IMG/VR virus record: IMGVR_UViG_3300044613_002638 | Location: 43,448-107,447 of that record | Origin: a virus | DNA: 64,000 nucleotides | Reading direction: 5' to 3' (one strand) | In this document: positions 1-11,000 of the stretch, one piece after another | Layout of the letters: each line of letters opens with the position of its first letter | Position numbering within the stretch: position 1 is the stretch's first letter | Made by a program: the position numbers and the translations under genes | Notes under the pieces: model-generated | What the model saw: only the letters and a program-made list of their open reading frames with translations | Told to the model about the DNA's origin: nothing | Databases searched by the model: none

Positions 1-45
1 GACAATGTAGATTACTCAAAAAGAATAGCTGACAACATAGCTTAA
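1..45 (+). CDS. 3' end of upstream gene (partial, ...DNVDYSKRIADNIA*)
   Basis: Frame 1 is open from base 1 to TAA at 43-45, just before the portal late promoter. Confidence 0.5.
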   Translation, partial: DNVDYSKRIADNIA

Positions 46-51
46 ACACGG

Positions 52-57
52 TAAATA
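52..57 (+). promoter_or_regulatory. T4-like late promoter core TAAATA (portal)
   Basis: TAAATA 21 nt upstream of portal ATG; same motif precedes many structural genes; T4 late consensus is TATAAATA. Confidence 0.65.
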
Positions 58-78
58 CTATATTCATTGAGATAACAT

Positions 79-1791
79 ATGACTTGGCGTAAGTATTTTA
101 AAAGTAGCAATCTACCCAGTAACATTAGTCCTCTAGGCAGTGGTCGTATGCCAGATCCTGGTTACAGAAACTATCAGAGCAATCTTCCAGATGTGTATAT
201 AGGACACCCTAATCGTATTGAACGTTATAATCAATATGAACAAATGGACATGGATTCAGAAATTAATGCAGCTTTAGATATTTTATCTGAGTTTATGACT
301 CAGAAAAACGAAGCTAACAATACTCCATTTGACATTAAATTTAAAGATGATCCTACAGATAATGAAGTAAAAATTATAAAAGAACAACTTCAACAATGGG
401 TCAAATTAAACGAATTTAACAGCAGAATATTTAAAATAGTAAGAAATACCATAAAATACGGTGATCAAGTGTTTGTTCGTGATCCAGAAAACTTTAAATT
501 ATTCTGGGTAGAAATGAGTAAAGTGGTCAAGGTTATTGTTAATGAAAGTGAAGGCAAAAAACCTGAGCAGTATATTTTAAAAGACATTAATCCTAACTTT
601 GAAAATCTTACAGTCACAGCAGTGACTACGTCTGACCAATACATGAACCATCCACAAGTAGGCGGTCCAAGTGGTAGTTACATTCAACCTAGTGTACCAA
701 CAGGCGGTGGCGGCAGATTTACTCGTGCGCAAAATGAAGCAGCGATCAATTCTGAACATGTTGTGCATCTAAGTTTAACCGAAGGTTTAGATGTATATTG
801 GCCATTTGGCACAAGTGTACTAGAAAATGTTTTCAAAGTGTTTAAGCAAAAAGAATTACTAGAAGACGCAATTATTATCTATCGAGTGCAACGTGCTCCT
901 GAGCGTAGAGTATTTAAAATCGACGTGGGTAATATGCCCAGTCACATGGCTATGGCATTTGTTGAGCGTATCAAAAACGAAATCAGTCAGCGTAGAATTC
1001 CTACACAAACAGGCGGTGGTGCCAACATGATGGATGCCACTTACAATCCATTGGCACAAATGGAAGATTATTTTTTCCCTGTAACAGCCGAAGGTCGCGG
1101 ATCTAGTGTTGACACATTACAAGGCGCAAGTAACCTAGGAGAAATCACAGACTTACGCTATTTTACAAACAAATTATTCCGTGGCCTGCGTATTCCTAGC
1201 AGTTACTTGCCGGTTACCCTGGAAGACGGTACACAAGCATTCAATGACGGGCGTGTGGGTACAGCCTTGATTCAAGAATGGCGATTTAATCAATATTGCC
1301 AGAGACTACAAAGCAGTATTATTGAAACTCTAGATCAGGAGTTTAAACTGTTTATGCGTTGGCGCGGTGTAAACATTGATAGTCAGTTATTTGAATTAAT
1401 ATTTGAACCGCCACAGAACTTTGCACAGTATCGCCAGGCTGATGTTGACAGTGCTAGAATTGCTACATTCACTGCACTTGAGGCATATCCATACTTTAGT
1501 AAACGTTATCTAATGAAACGTTATTTGGGTATGAGTGAACAAGAAATGAGCGAAAATGAAACCATGTGGTCAGAAGAACAAGGTGATGTTGAGCTAGCCC
1601 CGGTCGAAGATCCCAATTTAAGAAGTGTAGGTATAAGTCCAGGTGGTATAGCTGGCGATTTAGAAAATGTTGCTCCGCCCACAGAAACTCCTCCAGAAGG
1701 TGAAGCCGGCGCACCAGGCGGAGCAGTACCAGCAGCAGGAGGACCAGTGGGCGTTCCTGCACAAACGGCACCCGCTGGTGCAACAATTTAA
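79..1791 (+). CDS. gp20: Portal vertex protein (T4 gp20-like)
   Basis: Motifs LLEDAIIIYRVQRAPERRVFKIDVGNMP, EDYFFP..EGRGSSVDTL.GA.NLGEITDLRYF..KL...LRIP; position upstream of protease/scaffold/capsid genes. Confidence 0.95.
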   Translation: MTWRKYFKSSNLPSNISPLGSGRMPDPGYRNYQSNLPDVYIGHPNRIERYNQYEQMDMDSEINAALDILSEFMTQKNEANNTPFDIKFKDDPTDNEVKIIKEQLQQWVKLNEFNSRIFKIVRNTIKYGDQVFVRDPENFKLFWVEMSKVVKVIVNESEGKKPEQYILKDINPNFENLTVTAVTTSDQYMNHPQVGGPSGSYIQPSVPTGGGGRFTRAQNEAAINSEHVVHLSLTEGLDVYWPFGTSVLENVFKVFKQKELLEDAIIIYRVQRAPERRVFKIDVGNMPSHMAMAFVERIKNEISQRRIPTQTGGGANMMDATYNPLAQMEDYFFPVTAEGRGSSVDTLQGASNLGEITDLRYFTNKLFRGLRIPSSYLPVTLEDGTQAFNDGRVGTALIQEWRFNQYCQRLQSSIIETLDQEFKLFMRWRGVNIDSQLFELIFEPPQNFAQYRQADVDSARIATFTALEAYPYFSKRYLMKRYLGMSEQEMSENETMWSEEQGDVELAPVEDPNLRSVGISPGGIAGDLENVAPPTETPPEGEAGAPGGAVPAAGGPVGVPAQTAPAGATI

Positions 1792-1812
1792 CAGGTTTGA
1801 GTAAATAGTATT

Positions 1813-2037
1813 ATGATTGTTACAGAATTATTTGACCCTGCTAAACCTGGATACGAAACTCCTAGCTTGGATAATACACCTCTTAAGCTGTCAGATCTAC
1901 GCAAAACTAGACTTACTCTAGCCGATCTAAGCAGACTGAGAATGGCCAATGATGTACGTAAAGTAGAACACGAAAAGAAATTAGAAAAAGTATCAAAACA
2001 GTATAAACCGCCTGCAGCAGCACCTGCACCGATGTAG
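1813..2037 (+). CDS. Small head-module protein (positional gp67/68 equivalent)
   Basis: 74 aa ORF between portal and core protein; TAAATA at 1802-1807, 5 nt before ATG. Confidence 0.7.
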   Translation: MIVTELFDPAKPGYETPSLDNTPLKLSDLRKTRLTLADLSRLRMANDVRKVEHEKKLEKVSKQYKPPAAAPAPM

Positions 2038-2133
2038 TCCGCCTAAATCCTTCAAAAAAACACCATTTAACCCCATTATCTAGGTATTTTAGTAAATAAA
2101 ATACAGCCATATTATTATTTTAAGGAGTCCCTA

Positions 2134-3138
2134 ATGAACAAATATGAACAGCTAATTGAACACATTATCAACGACGAGGAAGACAAAGCTCGTGCGTTGT
2201 TTCACGAAATCGTGGTTGAAAAATCACGTGACATTTACGAAAGTCTAATGGATGAAGAGTATGCCGAAGAAGCAGTAGGCGGTGATCAAGTTGAGTCCAT
2301 GGTTGACGAAATCTCTATGGATGAAACAGACGGCATCGGTGAAGGCGACGACGAAGATGACGGCGAACTAGACATGGGCGACATGAGCAGCATGGATGAC
2401 TCAGGCGACGATCATCATGACGATGTAGGCGGCGACGAAAATCTAGAGCAAAAAGTTATGGATCTCGAGTCAGAATTAGAAGCATTGAAAGCAGAATTTG
2501 AACAACTGATGGGCGGCGACGACGACATGGGCGACGACATGGGCATGGATGACATGGGCATGGATGACATGGGAGACGACATGGGTGGCAACGGTGACGA
2601 ATTCAAGATGATGGAAGAGTCAGACGACGAAGAAGAAATGACCGAAGCCAAAGAAGAAGATGACGAAAAAGATGACGACGACAAAGTAGAAGAGTCTGTA
2701 TACGAGTCAAAGCGTCAGCCACTACAAAAGACCGCAGTAGATCTAATGCGTGAATATGTAGAAAAAATCAGCGCACCAAGCAACACAGAAGGTCAGCCAG
2801 CAGGTACTAGTACAGGCGGCGATCACGCAAATGTAAACACCCAGTCAACAGTAGCAGGTAAAAACGACATGGGCGGTACTGCTAAAAATTTAGTACAAGG
2901 TGGCACTGGTGCAGATGCTAATCCTGATGGCACAAGTCCAAAAGGTAAAGTTGATGGCAAACTAGTAAAGAATGTACAAGAGATTGACGTTGCTAAACGC
3001 AATGTAAATAAGCCCGGTGGTAACAAAGGTGCGCAGAATTTCTACAACACCAAAGCTGGTGCCAAAAAGGGCGAAGGGCAAACTACCGATGGCTCAGTAC
3101 CTGTCCAGAAGAAGAGTATTGAACCAGGTGGTAATTAA
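2134..3138 (+). CDS. Acidic prohead core/scaffold-associated protein
   Basis: Very D/E-rich with a coiled-coil segment; AAGGAG RBS; TAAATA at 2093-2098; lies between portal and protease. Confidence 0.75.
   Translation: MNKYEQLIEHIINDEEDKARALFHEIVVEKSRDIYESLMDEEYAEEAVGGDQVESMVDEISMDETDGIGEGDDEDDGELDMGDMSSMDDSGDDHHDDVGGDENLEQKVMDLESELEALKAEFEQLMGGDDDMGDDMGMDDMGMDDMGDDMGGNGDEFKMMEESDDEEEMTEAKEEDDEKDDDDKVEESVYESKRQPLQKTAVDLMREYVEKISAPSNTEGQPAGTSTGGDHANVNTQSTVAGKNDMGGTAKNLVQGGTGADANPDGTSPKGKVDGKLVKNVQEIDVAKRNVNKPGGNKGAQNFYNTKAGAKKGEGQTTDGSVPVQKKSIEPGGN
2510..2590 (+). repeat. Imperfect 12-15 bp tandem repeat (GACGACATGGGC) encoding DDMG/MDDMG
   Basis: Visible tandem units in DNA and protein. Confidence 0.7.
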
Positions 3139-3151
3139 TTAGGGCAATAAT

Positions 3152-3793
3152 ATGGCTTTGTACCTAAAAGAAGATCTTACTTTTGACCGTGCTCAGATAG
3201 AAGTCTTATCCGAAGATTCTACTAACGGTCAAGGTAAGAATCTGTATATGAAAGGGATATTCATTGAGGGCGGCGTGAAAAATGCTAACCAACGTGTTTA
3301 TCCCGTTCACGAAATTGAAAAAGCCGTTACGCAGATTAACGAACAAATCAAGAGCGGACACAGTGTTCTTGGTGAAGTTGATCACCCTGATGACCTAAAA
3401 ATTAATTTGGATCGTGTAAGTCACATGATTGAAGGCATGTGGATGGACGGTCCTTGCGGCCACGGTAAATTAAAAATCCTACCAACACCAATGGGCAAAC
3501 TAGTTGAAGCTATGTTGACTAGTGGTGTAAAGTTAGGCGTTAGTAGTCGTGGATCAGGTGAAGTAAATGAAAGTTCGGGACATGTCAGTGGTTTTGATAT
3601 TATTACTGTTGACATTGTAGCACAGCCTTCGGCTCCGCATGCATATCCTAAAGCAATCTATGAGGGCTTGATGAATATGCGTCATGGACACCGAGTGTTA
3701 GAAGTGGCTCGTGATGCCACACAAGATCAAAAAGTACAGAAGTACCTGAAAGAAGGCCTAACACGCCTAATCAATGACCTTAAGTTAAAATAG
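3152..3793 (+). CDS. gp21: Prohead core protease (T4 gp21-like)
   Basis: GIFIEGGVKNANQRVYP, LGEVDHP, INLDRVSH, ILPTPMG, LGVSSRGSG, DIVAQPSAPHAY. Confidence 0.95.
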   Translation: MALYLKEDLTFDRAQIEVLSEDSTNGQGKNLYMKGIFIEGGVKNANQRVYPVHEIEKAVTQINEQIKSGHSVLGEVDHPDDLKINLDRVSHMIEGMWMDGPCGHGKLKILPTPMGKLVEAMLTSGVKLGVSSRGSGEVNESSGHVSGFDIITVDIVAQPSAPHAYPKAIYEGLMNMRHGHRVLEVARDATQDQKVQKYLKEGLTRLINDLKLK

Positions 3794-3803
3794 GAGAAAC
3801 CTG

Positions 3804-4910
3804 ATGTTATTAGATGCTATCAAACCATTGGTAGACAGCGGCATCATAAACGAAGATACTAAGCAGGCAATTAGCGAAGCTTGGGAAGCAAAACTTCTCG
3901 AAGCTCGTGAAAGTGTTCGTGCAGAACTTCGCGAAGAATTCGCTCAAAGATACCAACATGACAAGCAAGTTATGGTTGAAGCTCTAGACAAAATGGTAAC
4001 TGAATCTCTACAAAACGAACTCGAAGAGTTTGCAGCAGAGAAACAAGCTCTAGCAGAAGATCGTGCGAAATTTAAAGTTCACATGGTCGAAAACAGTACT
4101 AAGTTTAATAATTTCATGGTTAGCAAACTAGCCGAAGAAATTAAAGAACTGCGCGAAGACCGTAAACAATATGAAAATAGTATTAGTAAGCTAGAATCAT
4201 TTGTTATCAAGTCTTTAGCAGAAGAAATTTCTGAGTTTGAGCAAGACAAGCAAGCAGTGGTTGAGACAAAAGTTCGTCTAATTGCTGGTGCTAAAGACAA
4301 GCTTGCTGAATTACAACAGAATTTTATTAGTCGTTCTGCAGAACTAGTTAAGGAATCAATTACCAAGAAACTAGAGTCAGAAATGACTCAACTCAAAGAA
4401 GACATCCAAATTGCTCGCGAGAACATGTTTGGTCGTCAACTCTTTGAAGCTTTTGCAAGTGAATTTGCAGTTACTCACTTAAATGAGAACAAAGAAATTC
4501 GCAAGCTACAGGCTGTCATTGCCACTAAAGAGCAAGCACTGCAAGAGGCACAAGCTCAAGCAGAACAAGCCGCAATGATTGTTGAATCAAAAGACAAAGA
4601 GATTAAGATTATTAAAGAATCAACAGAACGTAAGGAAATCCTTACTAATCTATTGAAAACTTTAAACAAGGAGAAAGCTGTAGTCATGAGCGAACTTCTT
4701 GAAAGTGTGCAAACTGCAAAGTTGCAGAGTGCATACGAAAAGTATCTACCAGCAGTACTAAACAACACAGCAGCACCTGCAGCAAAGCCAAAAACAATGC
4801 TCGCAGAAGGCCGTGTAGAAGTAACTGGTGATAAATCTGCTACAACACCTGCAGTCGAAGAAAACGTACATAATGTTTTTGAGATCAAGCGTTTAGCAGG
4901 GCTTAAGTAA
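3804..4910 (+). CDS. gp22: Prohead core scaffolding protein (T4 gp22-like)
   Basis: Long E/K/A-rich coiled coil between protease and major capsid protein; AGGAG RBS. Confidence 0.85.
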   Translation: MLLDAIKPLVDSGIINEDTKQAISEAWEAKLLEARESVRAELREEFAQRYQHDKQVMVEALDKMVTESLQNELEEFAAEKQALAEDRAKFKVHMVENSTKFNNFMVSKLAEEIKELREDRKQYENSISKLESFVIKSLAEEISEFEQDKQAVVETKVRLIAGAKDKLAELQQNFISRSAELVKESITKKLESEMTQLKEDIQIARENMFGRQLFEAFASEFAVTHLNENKEIRKLQAVIATKEQALQEAQAQAEQAAMIVESKDKEIKIIKESTERKEILTNLLKTLNKEKAVVMSELLESVQTAKLQSAYEKYLPAVLNNTAAPAAKPKTMLAEGRVEVTGDKSATTPAVEENVHNVFEIKRLAGLK

Positions 4911-4937
4911 ACCCTAAATAGGAGAAAAGGAATAAAA

Positions 4938-6134
4938 ATGACACAAGCATTACTAGAAAGCCGTTGGGGCGAAACTAAAGACGCTCTGTTAGAAGGCTTA
5001 AACGGTTCTAAAAGAACCACAATGGGTGTAATCCTCGAGAACACTCGCAAGCACTTGATGGAAGCAGCTACAGCTGGTGCTACAGCCGCTTCAAACGTTG
5101 CAACACTAAATCGTGTAATTCTACCAGTTATTCGACGTGTGATGCCAACAGTTATTGCAAACGAAATCGTTGGTGTTCAGCCAATGACTGGACCTGTTGC
5201 ACAGATCCATACTCTACGTGTTCGTTATGCAGACAACACCACTGACACTGCTAGCCCATACGCTACTGGTACCACAGCTGGTGATGAAGCACTAAGTCCA
5301 TTTAAGATTGCTGTTGCTTACTCCGGTTTAACCGCAGGTGGTACAGCTACAACTGGTAAGGCAGCTACTACTTCTACTCTAGAAGGTGTACCTGGTAACC
5401 GTATCAACGTACAAATCTTAAAGCAAGTTGTTGAAGCGAAAACACGTAAGTTAAGTGCTCGCTGGACATTTGAAGCTGCTCAAGATGCACAAGCCATGCA
5501 TGGTTTGGATATTGAAGCAGAAATCATGGCAGCTCTAGCACAAGAAATCACTGTTGAAATTGACCAAGAAATTCTTGGTTCACTACGCAGTCTTTCTGCT
5601 ACTGAGTTTACATTTGACCAAGCTGCTGTAAGTGGTACTGCAACATTCGTTGGTGACGAACACGCTGCTTTAGCTGTTCTAATCAATCGTACAGCAAACC
5701 TAATCGCTTCACGTACACGTCGTGGTGCTGGTAACTGGGCAGTTGTTAGCCCAGCAGCTTTAACTGTACTACAAAGCGCAACAACTTCAGCATTTGCTCG
5801 TACAACTGAAGGTACCTTTGAAGCACCTACTAACACTAAGTTTGTTGGTACATTAAATGGCGCAATGCGTATCTATGTTGACAGCTATGCAAGCGATACA
5901 CAGGCAGTTTTAGTTGGTTATAAGGGTTCAAGCGAGGCTGATGCAGCCGCGTTCTACTGCCCATATATTCCTCTAATGAGTTCTGGTGTTGTTCTAGATC
6001 CAGCAACATTTGAACCAGTAGTTGGCTTTATGACACGTTACGGTTATGTTGAGTTGACAAACACAGCATCATCGTTCGGTAACGCAGCCGACTACCTAGG
6101 TGAGATTGCTGTTTCTAACCTATCGTTCCAGTAA
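4938..6134 (+). CDS. gp23: Major capsid protein (T4 gp23-like)
   Basis: IVGVQPMTGP, VEAKTRKLSARWTFEAAQD..AMHGLD.EAE, GYKGSSEADAAAFYCPYIPL, FEPVVGFMTRYG. Confidence 0.97.
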   Translation: MTQALLESRWGETKDALLEGLNGSKRTTMGVILENTRKHLMEAATAGATAASNVATLNRVILPVIRRVMPTVIANEIVGVQPMTGPVAQIHTLRVRYADNTTDTASPYATGTTAGDEALSPFKIAVAYSGLTAGGTATTGKAATTSTLEGVPGNRINVQILKQVVEAKTRKLSARWTFEAAQDAQAMHGLDIEAEIMAALAQEITVEIDQEILGSLRSLSATEFTFDQAAVSGTATFVGDEHAALAVLINRTANLIASRTRRGAGNWAVVSPAALTVLQSATTSAFARTTEGTFEAPTNTKFVGTLNGAMRIYVDSYASDTQAVLVGYKGSSEADAAAFYCPYIPLMSSGVVLDPATFEPVVGFMTRYGYVELTNTASSFGNAADYLGEIAVSNLSFQ

Positions 6135-6159
6135 TTTTCCACTCGGGATGGGAAACATT

Positions 6160-6182
6160 AAAGGGCCGCAAGGCCCTTTTTT
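6160..6182 (+). terminator. Rho-independent terminator after major capsid gene
   Basis: AAAGGGCC-GCAA-GGCCCTTT stem with GNRA loop, then T-tract. Confidence 0.9.
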
Positions 6183-6269
6183 GTTGGGTACAATAAATAT
6201 TATTGTTCACAAGAACTTATGCGGAGCCAACCGTGTAGGCCTAGAACGCCAACTTTAAGGAGAATAAAA

Positions 6270-6761
6270 ATGGCAAGAGGTTTAAAAATTAGTCATGAGC
6301 GTAGTGATGGTACTTTAGTTGATCAAGAAGTAAGTACAACAATAAGTTCAATTGGTGGTACAGGCGGTATACCCCAATGGATTACTGTACAAGGTGTAAA
6401 AACTGTTAAAGTTCAATTTAGAACTGATGCAGGTATTTTACATGCTAATGCTTATATCATTGCACAGAAAGGTGCTAAACAGTTTTTAGTTGCAAACGCC
6501 GTAGGCGCAGTAGGAAGTCACACACAATCAAATGCTAGCATTACTGTTGCAACATTGACAGCAGGTGCTGATGCAGCAAACGCCGAGCCAGCAAGTGGAT
6601 CAAGTACTATGACTGTTACAGGTTATAATACAAGCAATGTCCGTTTTTATGTAAAGCGTATTTCTAATAAATTTGTTTGGGATTTCAGTGATAATAGATA
6701 TCGCTGGAGAACTAGCGACAGTGTTGCTACTTCAACTTTTGCTAATGTTGAATGTCATTGA
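6270..6761 (+). CDS. Putative virion (capsid-associated) protein; true start 6270 (MARGLK)
   Basis: AAGGAG RBS before ATG 6270; own TAAATA at 6194-6199 and own terminator; directly follows MCP. Confidence 0.7.
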   Translation: MARGLKISHERSDGTLVDQEVSTTISSIGGTGGIPQWITVQGVKTVKVQFRTDAGILHANAYIIAQKGAKQFLVANAVGAVGSHTQSNASITVATLTAGADAANAEPASGSSTMTVTGYNTSNVRFYVKRISNKFVWDFSDNRYRWRTSDSVATSTFANVECH

Positions 6762-6777
6762 CCTTCATCAAACGGTA

Positions 6778-6802
6778 GAAACCCGCTTCGGCGGGTTTTT
6801 TT
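6778..6802 (+). terminator. Rho-independent terminator
   Basis: AAACCCGC-TTCG-GCGGGTTT with UUCG tetraloop and T-tract. Confidence 0.92.
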
Positions 6803-6854
6803 ATTGGATCACTCAAACTTATATTAGCATAAATATTATTAATAAGGACATTAT

Positions 6855-7235
6855 ATGCCAGTAGTTAAAAGTTTAAATACTGATTACATCATTACCAATA
6901 AGTTAAAGGCTAATGCTAACATAACTTTATCTACAGATACAGTTTTTATTCAAGGTAACTTGTATGTTGGAGGAAATGCCACTGCCGTAACAAAAACTGA
7001 TTTAAATATCACTGATAACATAATTACACTTAACGCAGGGGAAACTGGCCCTGGCGTATCATTAATTACTTCTGGTATTAATGTTGATCGAGGCTCGTTA
7101 GCTAATGTAGCAGTATTATGGAATGAAACACTAGGCCAATGGACACTAACCAATGATGGTAGTACCTACGGTGTTATTCAAACAGTAACCGTGGGATCAG
7201 TGACATCACCACAAGTCTATGCCCTAGTATTATAA
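6855..7235 (+). CDS. Short fibre/virion structural protein
   Basis: GNLYVGGNAT..LNITDNIITLN..SGINVDRG..WNE fibre motif, also in 12209 and 15977; TAAATA at 6830-6835. Confidence 0.7.
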   Translation: MPVVKSLNTDYIITNKLKANANITLSTDTVFIQGNLYVGGNATAVTKTDLNITDNIITLNAGETGPGVSLITSGINVDRGSLANVAVLWNETLGQWTLTNDGSTYGVIQTVTVGSVTSPQVYALVL

Positions 7236-7244
7236 GGAATAAAA

Positions 7245-7568
7245 ATGGCAATTCACAGTACAGTTTTAGTAGATACAGGACAACAAGCAGCTAATGTGTT
7301 AGAATCATCAGGAGTCAGCGGCGTAGCTGTCACTACTATGTATTTTTGCAATACAAACACTGCTGCCACTGCGTTTACGTTGCATGTAGTTGGAGCAGGA
7401 TTTATTGCTAACGCAAACAACATTGTTTATAAAAATAAAGTAATTACAGCAGGTGACACTTATGTAGTTGATTGGGAAAAATTAGTTTTAGGACCCGGCG
7501 ACACTATAAGAGGTAACGCAAATGTGGGTAATTCTATTGTAGCTACAGTAAGCACTATAGGTGTATAA
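7245..7568 (+). CDS. Small beta-rich adaptor protein (distant paralogue of the 118-aa MAAPN family)
   Basis: YFCN...ITAGDTYVV..KLVLGPGDTI matches ISN...VPANS.L...YMEEGDYL of 19782/21789/25460. Confidence 0.65.
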   Translation: MAIHSTVLVDTGQQAANVLESSGVSGVAVTTMYFCNTNTAATAFTLHVVGAGFIANANNIVYKNKVITAGDTYVVDWEKLVLGPGDTIRGNANVGNSIVATVSTIGV

Positions 7569-7993
7569 TGGGACGTTATTTAAAAAATACACAACTGCAA
7601 GGAGGAAGTTATGCTATACAATTACCATTGGGTAGTAATAGCATTGGTCCTGACCAACCAGTTAATGGACAAATAAGATTTAATACTAGTAACAATCGTG
7701 TAGAATTATTTTTTGCTGGTGTATGGAATCAAGTTGCAAAAATTGGTTCTGTTAACATTACAGTAGACGAATTTACTGGAGACGGTGTAACAACCACATT
7801 TACCATGAGTCAGGCTGAAAGCAGTGAAAGTGCTATTTTAGTTTCAATTGGCGGTGTTTATCAACAACCTATTACAAATTATACTGTTGATGGTAGCACT
7901 ACAATTACTTTTACTAGTCCACCACCAGCCCCTGGTGTTAATCCTAACAAAATTGTTGTAGTGCATAATCTCAACAGCACTGATGCTGCATAA
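7568..7993 (+). CDS. Virion structural protein (fibre base module)
   Basis: IQLP.G...P..GQIRFNT motif plus GDGVTTTFT...VSIGGVYQQP..YTV.G.TITF module, both shared with 8003 and 12209. Confidence 0.7.
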   Translation: MGRYLKNTQLQGGSYAIQLPLGSNSIGPDQPVNGQIRFNTSNNRVELFFAGVWNQVAKIGSVNITVDEFTGDGVTTTFTMSQAESSESAILVSIGGVYQQPITNYTVDGSTTITFTSPPPAPGVNPNKIVVVHNLNSTDAA

Positions 7994-8002
7994 GGACCAG
8001 TA

Positions 8003-11000
8003 ATGGCCATTGGTAGAATTAGCGGCGCACTACTATTTTCCGACCTAGATCGACAAGGCACAGATCTTGCTTTTACCACCAATGGCCAGCCATTGGTTTA
8101 CATGGATTTTACCAACTTTAGACTAGGTATCAATACTAATTCTATTGTTGATACGTTTACAGTTGATGGAACTGCTAATGTTTCAGGCATAACAAAAATT
8201 TATGGAAATTTAGTTGCTGCATCTGGTGTTGAAGCATATGATGTTACTACGGGTGCATTCAATGTGGTTGGCGGTGCTGGTATCACTGGTAATTTATATG
8301 CAGGTAATTTATTTGCCAACAACTTCAGTGGTAATATCTCTAATGCCGGCGGCAGTTCTATTTTTGGTAATATCGCAGTCACCTATGCAGGAGTATTTGG
8401 ATCACTTAACACAGCGAATGCCGTAATCACTGGTGGCTATATAAATGACCTAGCCAATCTTACCGCTACTGCTGCTCAGTTTTCAAATTTTAGTTCAGGT
8501 AACATACTAGTTTCTGGCGGTTATATCTCATCGCTGTCAAATATTACAGCTACCACAGGCAATGTAGAAAGTTGGTATGCTACTGCACTTAATGCTACCA
8601 ATGGTAATATAACTACCCTTACTGTTACAAATTTTAGCACTGGTAATGCTGTTATTAGTGGTGGTTATATAACCAGTTTAAGTAATGCATATATCACAAC
8701 CAGTGATGTAACAAATTTTAGCACAGGCAACGCTGTTATAAGCGGTGGCTATATTGCTGGATTGGCAAATGCAACTATAACCACAGGTAATGTAGAAAGT
8801 TGGTATGCTACAGAATTAAATGGCACCAATGGTAATATCACTAATCTAACTGCTACAAACTTTAGTTCAGGCAACGTTCTAATTTCTGGCGGATATATTA
8901 GTCAACTTTCTAATATAACTGCGGTCACTGCTAATCTTGGTAATTTACAGATTGAAGATATTACATTATCTAGTTTAGTAGGTAATATAATCATCGAGCC
9001 CTTATTGAGTGATAGTAATGCTTTAACAATTATAAGTGGAACTAGCGCATTACAATTACCTTCTGGAACAACTGTACAACAACCCAGTAATGCTTATCCA
9101 GGTGCTATAAGATGGAACACTAGTATAAGCAGCATCGAAGTATATTCGGATCCAACTTGGATTCCTTTACTAAGCGAAATAAACAACCAAGTAATTACCC
9201 CAGACGGTGTGAGCAATAATTACGTATTGGATTATGTCAGCACTGCTGAAGGTATTATTGTCAGCATTAACGGAACATTACAGCAACCTGGAACAGCCTA
9301 TACAGTATCTGGATCTACTATTTCCTTTACAGAAGTTCCATTAGTATCAGATATTATATCTATTAGATTCATTTCTGCCGGTATTACTGAAAACAATGTT
9401 AATTTTGGAAACATTGCTGCTAATCTTATACCTTATGCTAATGTCACTTATGATTTAGGATCTACATCTAATAGATGGAGAGATTTATGGTTAGCAGGAA
9501 ACAGTATTCATCTGGGTGCAGCACTAATAACTAGTGTAGGCAATACAGTACAACTACCAGCCGGTTCTACTGTAGGAGGTGCCAATGTTGATATTACATC
9601 AATTGAATCTAATATTATTGTTTTAAATGCAAATGTAGAAGCAGCTAACGCAGCTATAATTACTGCAAACTCGGCAATGAAAACCTATGTTGACGTTAAC
9701 ATTGCCGATGCTATCTTCATCGCTGGAAGTTATGGCAATGCAGTTGTTGCAGAATATTTGTATTTTGACCCTTTAATATTATCTATTAGAGCCAACCTTG
9801 GTTCGACTCAAATTTGGGCTAATGCAAATATAGCTACCATTAATGCCAATTTGGGTTCATATCAAACATATGCCAATGCTAACGTTGTGGCTATACAGGA
9901 CAACTTAAGTGCATATCAAACATACGCTAATGCCAATGTTGTGGCTATCCAGGACAATTTAAGCGCATATCAAACATATGCCAATGCTAACGTTGTGGCT
10001 ATACAGGCCAATTTGGGTTCATATCAAACATATGCCAATGCTAATGTTGTAGCTATACAAGCCAATCTAGGTGCCTACCAAACGTATGCAAATGCCAATG
10101 TTGTTGCCACTCAGGCTAACTTAGGTTCTTTTCAGACATACGCTAATACCAAAATTGGAACTAATAGCAACAGCAATCTGGTGGTTGTAGCGACTACCGC
10201 TACAACTTCAACCACTACAGGTGCATTAATTGTTAGAGGCGGAACTGGAATAGCTGGTGCTGCTGTGGTTGCTGGTAATGTAACAATAGGCACCACAGCC
10301 CTTTCGTCACGAGCTAATTTATATCTTACAGGAGGAAATTTAGCAGCAGCTCCTGGTAGTTCACTTAAGATTGCAGAATTTCATTCAACAGTTACTAATG
10401 CTTCATATATTCAATTTTTAACACAAAGACACGCTCAAGGTGCAGATTGGACCACTGCTAACACTAGAATACAGCAAATGATTGATGTAACTCCGCAGGG
10501 TTACATTGAATTTAATCCCAATGGGGCACAGTATGGAGTGGCAATAGGGTCTCAAAATTTCCAGGATATTGCACGATTTCACGACAGTACTGGTAATGTG
10601 GTTATCAGATCAACTACCGCAACAACATCAACAACCACAGGTGCTTTAGTTGTTGCTGGTGGTGTTGGTGTGGGTGGTAGTATCAGAGTTAGTGGAAATG
10701 TAGGAATTGGAACGTCAACTCCGCAAACAGGAACTTTATTCAATGTAGCAGGAATTTCGGACCTTGGCAGAGATGGTTCGAATGGTTACATCCAAGTAGT
10801 TGGTGGTGGTGTAACTAATACAGGGTACATAGGATTTTATACCAGTGCCGATGTTCGACAAGCATATATCGGTTATATAGGTACTCCCAATGATGCGCTC
10901 AACATCGAAACTGATGCAGGATCAAATAAACCAATTCGATTTGCAACAAATGCTACACCTAGAATGACTATTGCCAGTAGTGGCAACGTAACGGTATCTA

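Noticed and set aside
6135-6156. Small hairpin TTTCC...GGAAA between the MCP stop and its terminator as an ncRNA
   Set aside because: Too short and weak to support without comparative data
6219-6269. ORF-track upstream starts at 6219, 26683, 41579, 48766 and 50254
   Set aside because: Better starts with RBS, coupling or family-typical N-termini at 6270, 26821, 41528, 48781 and 50272
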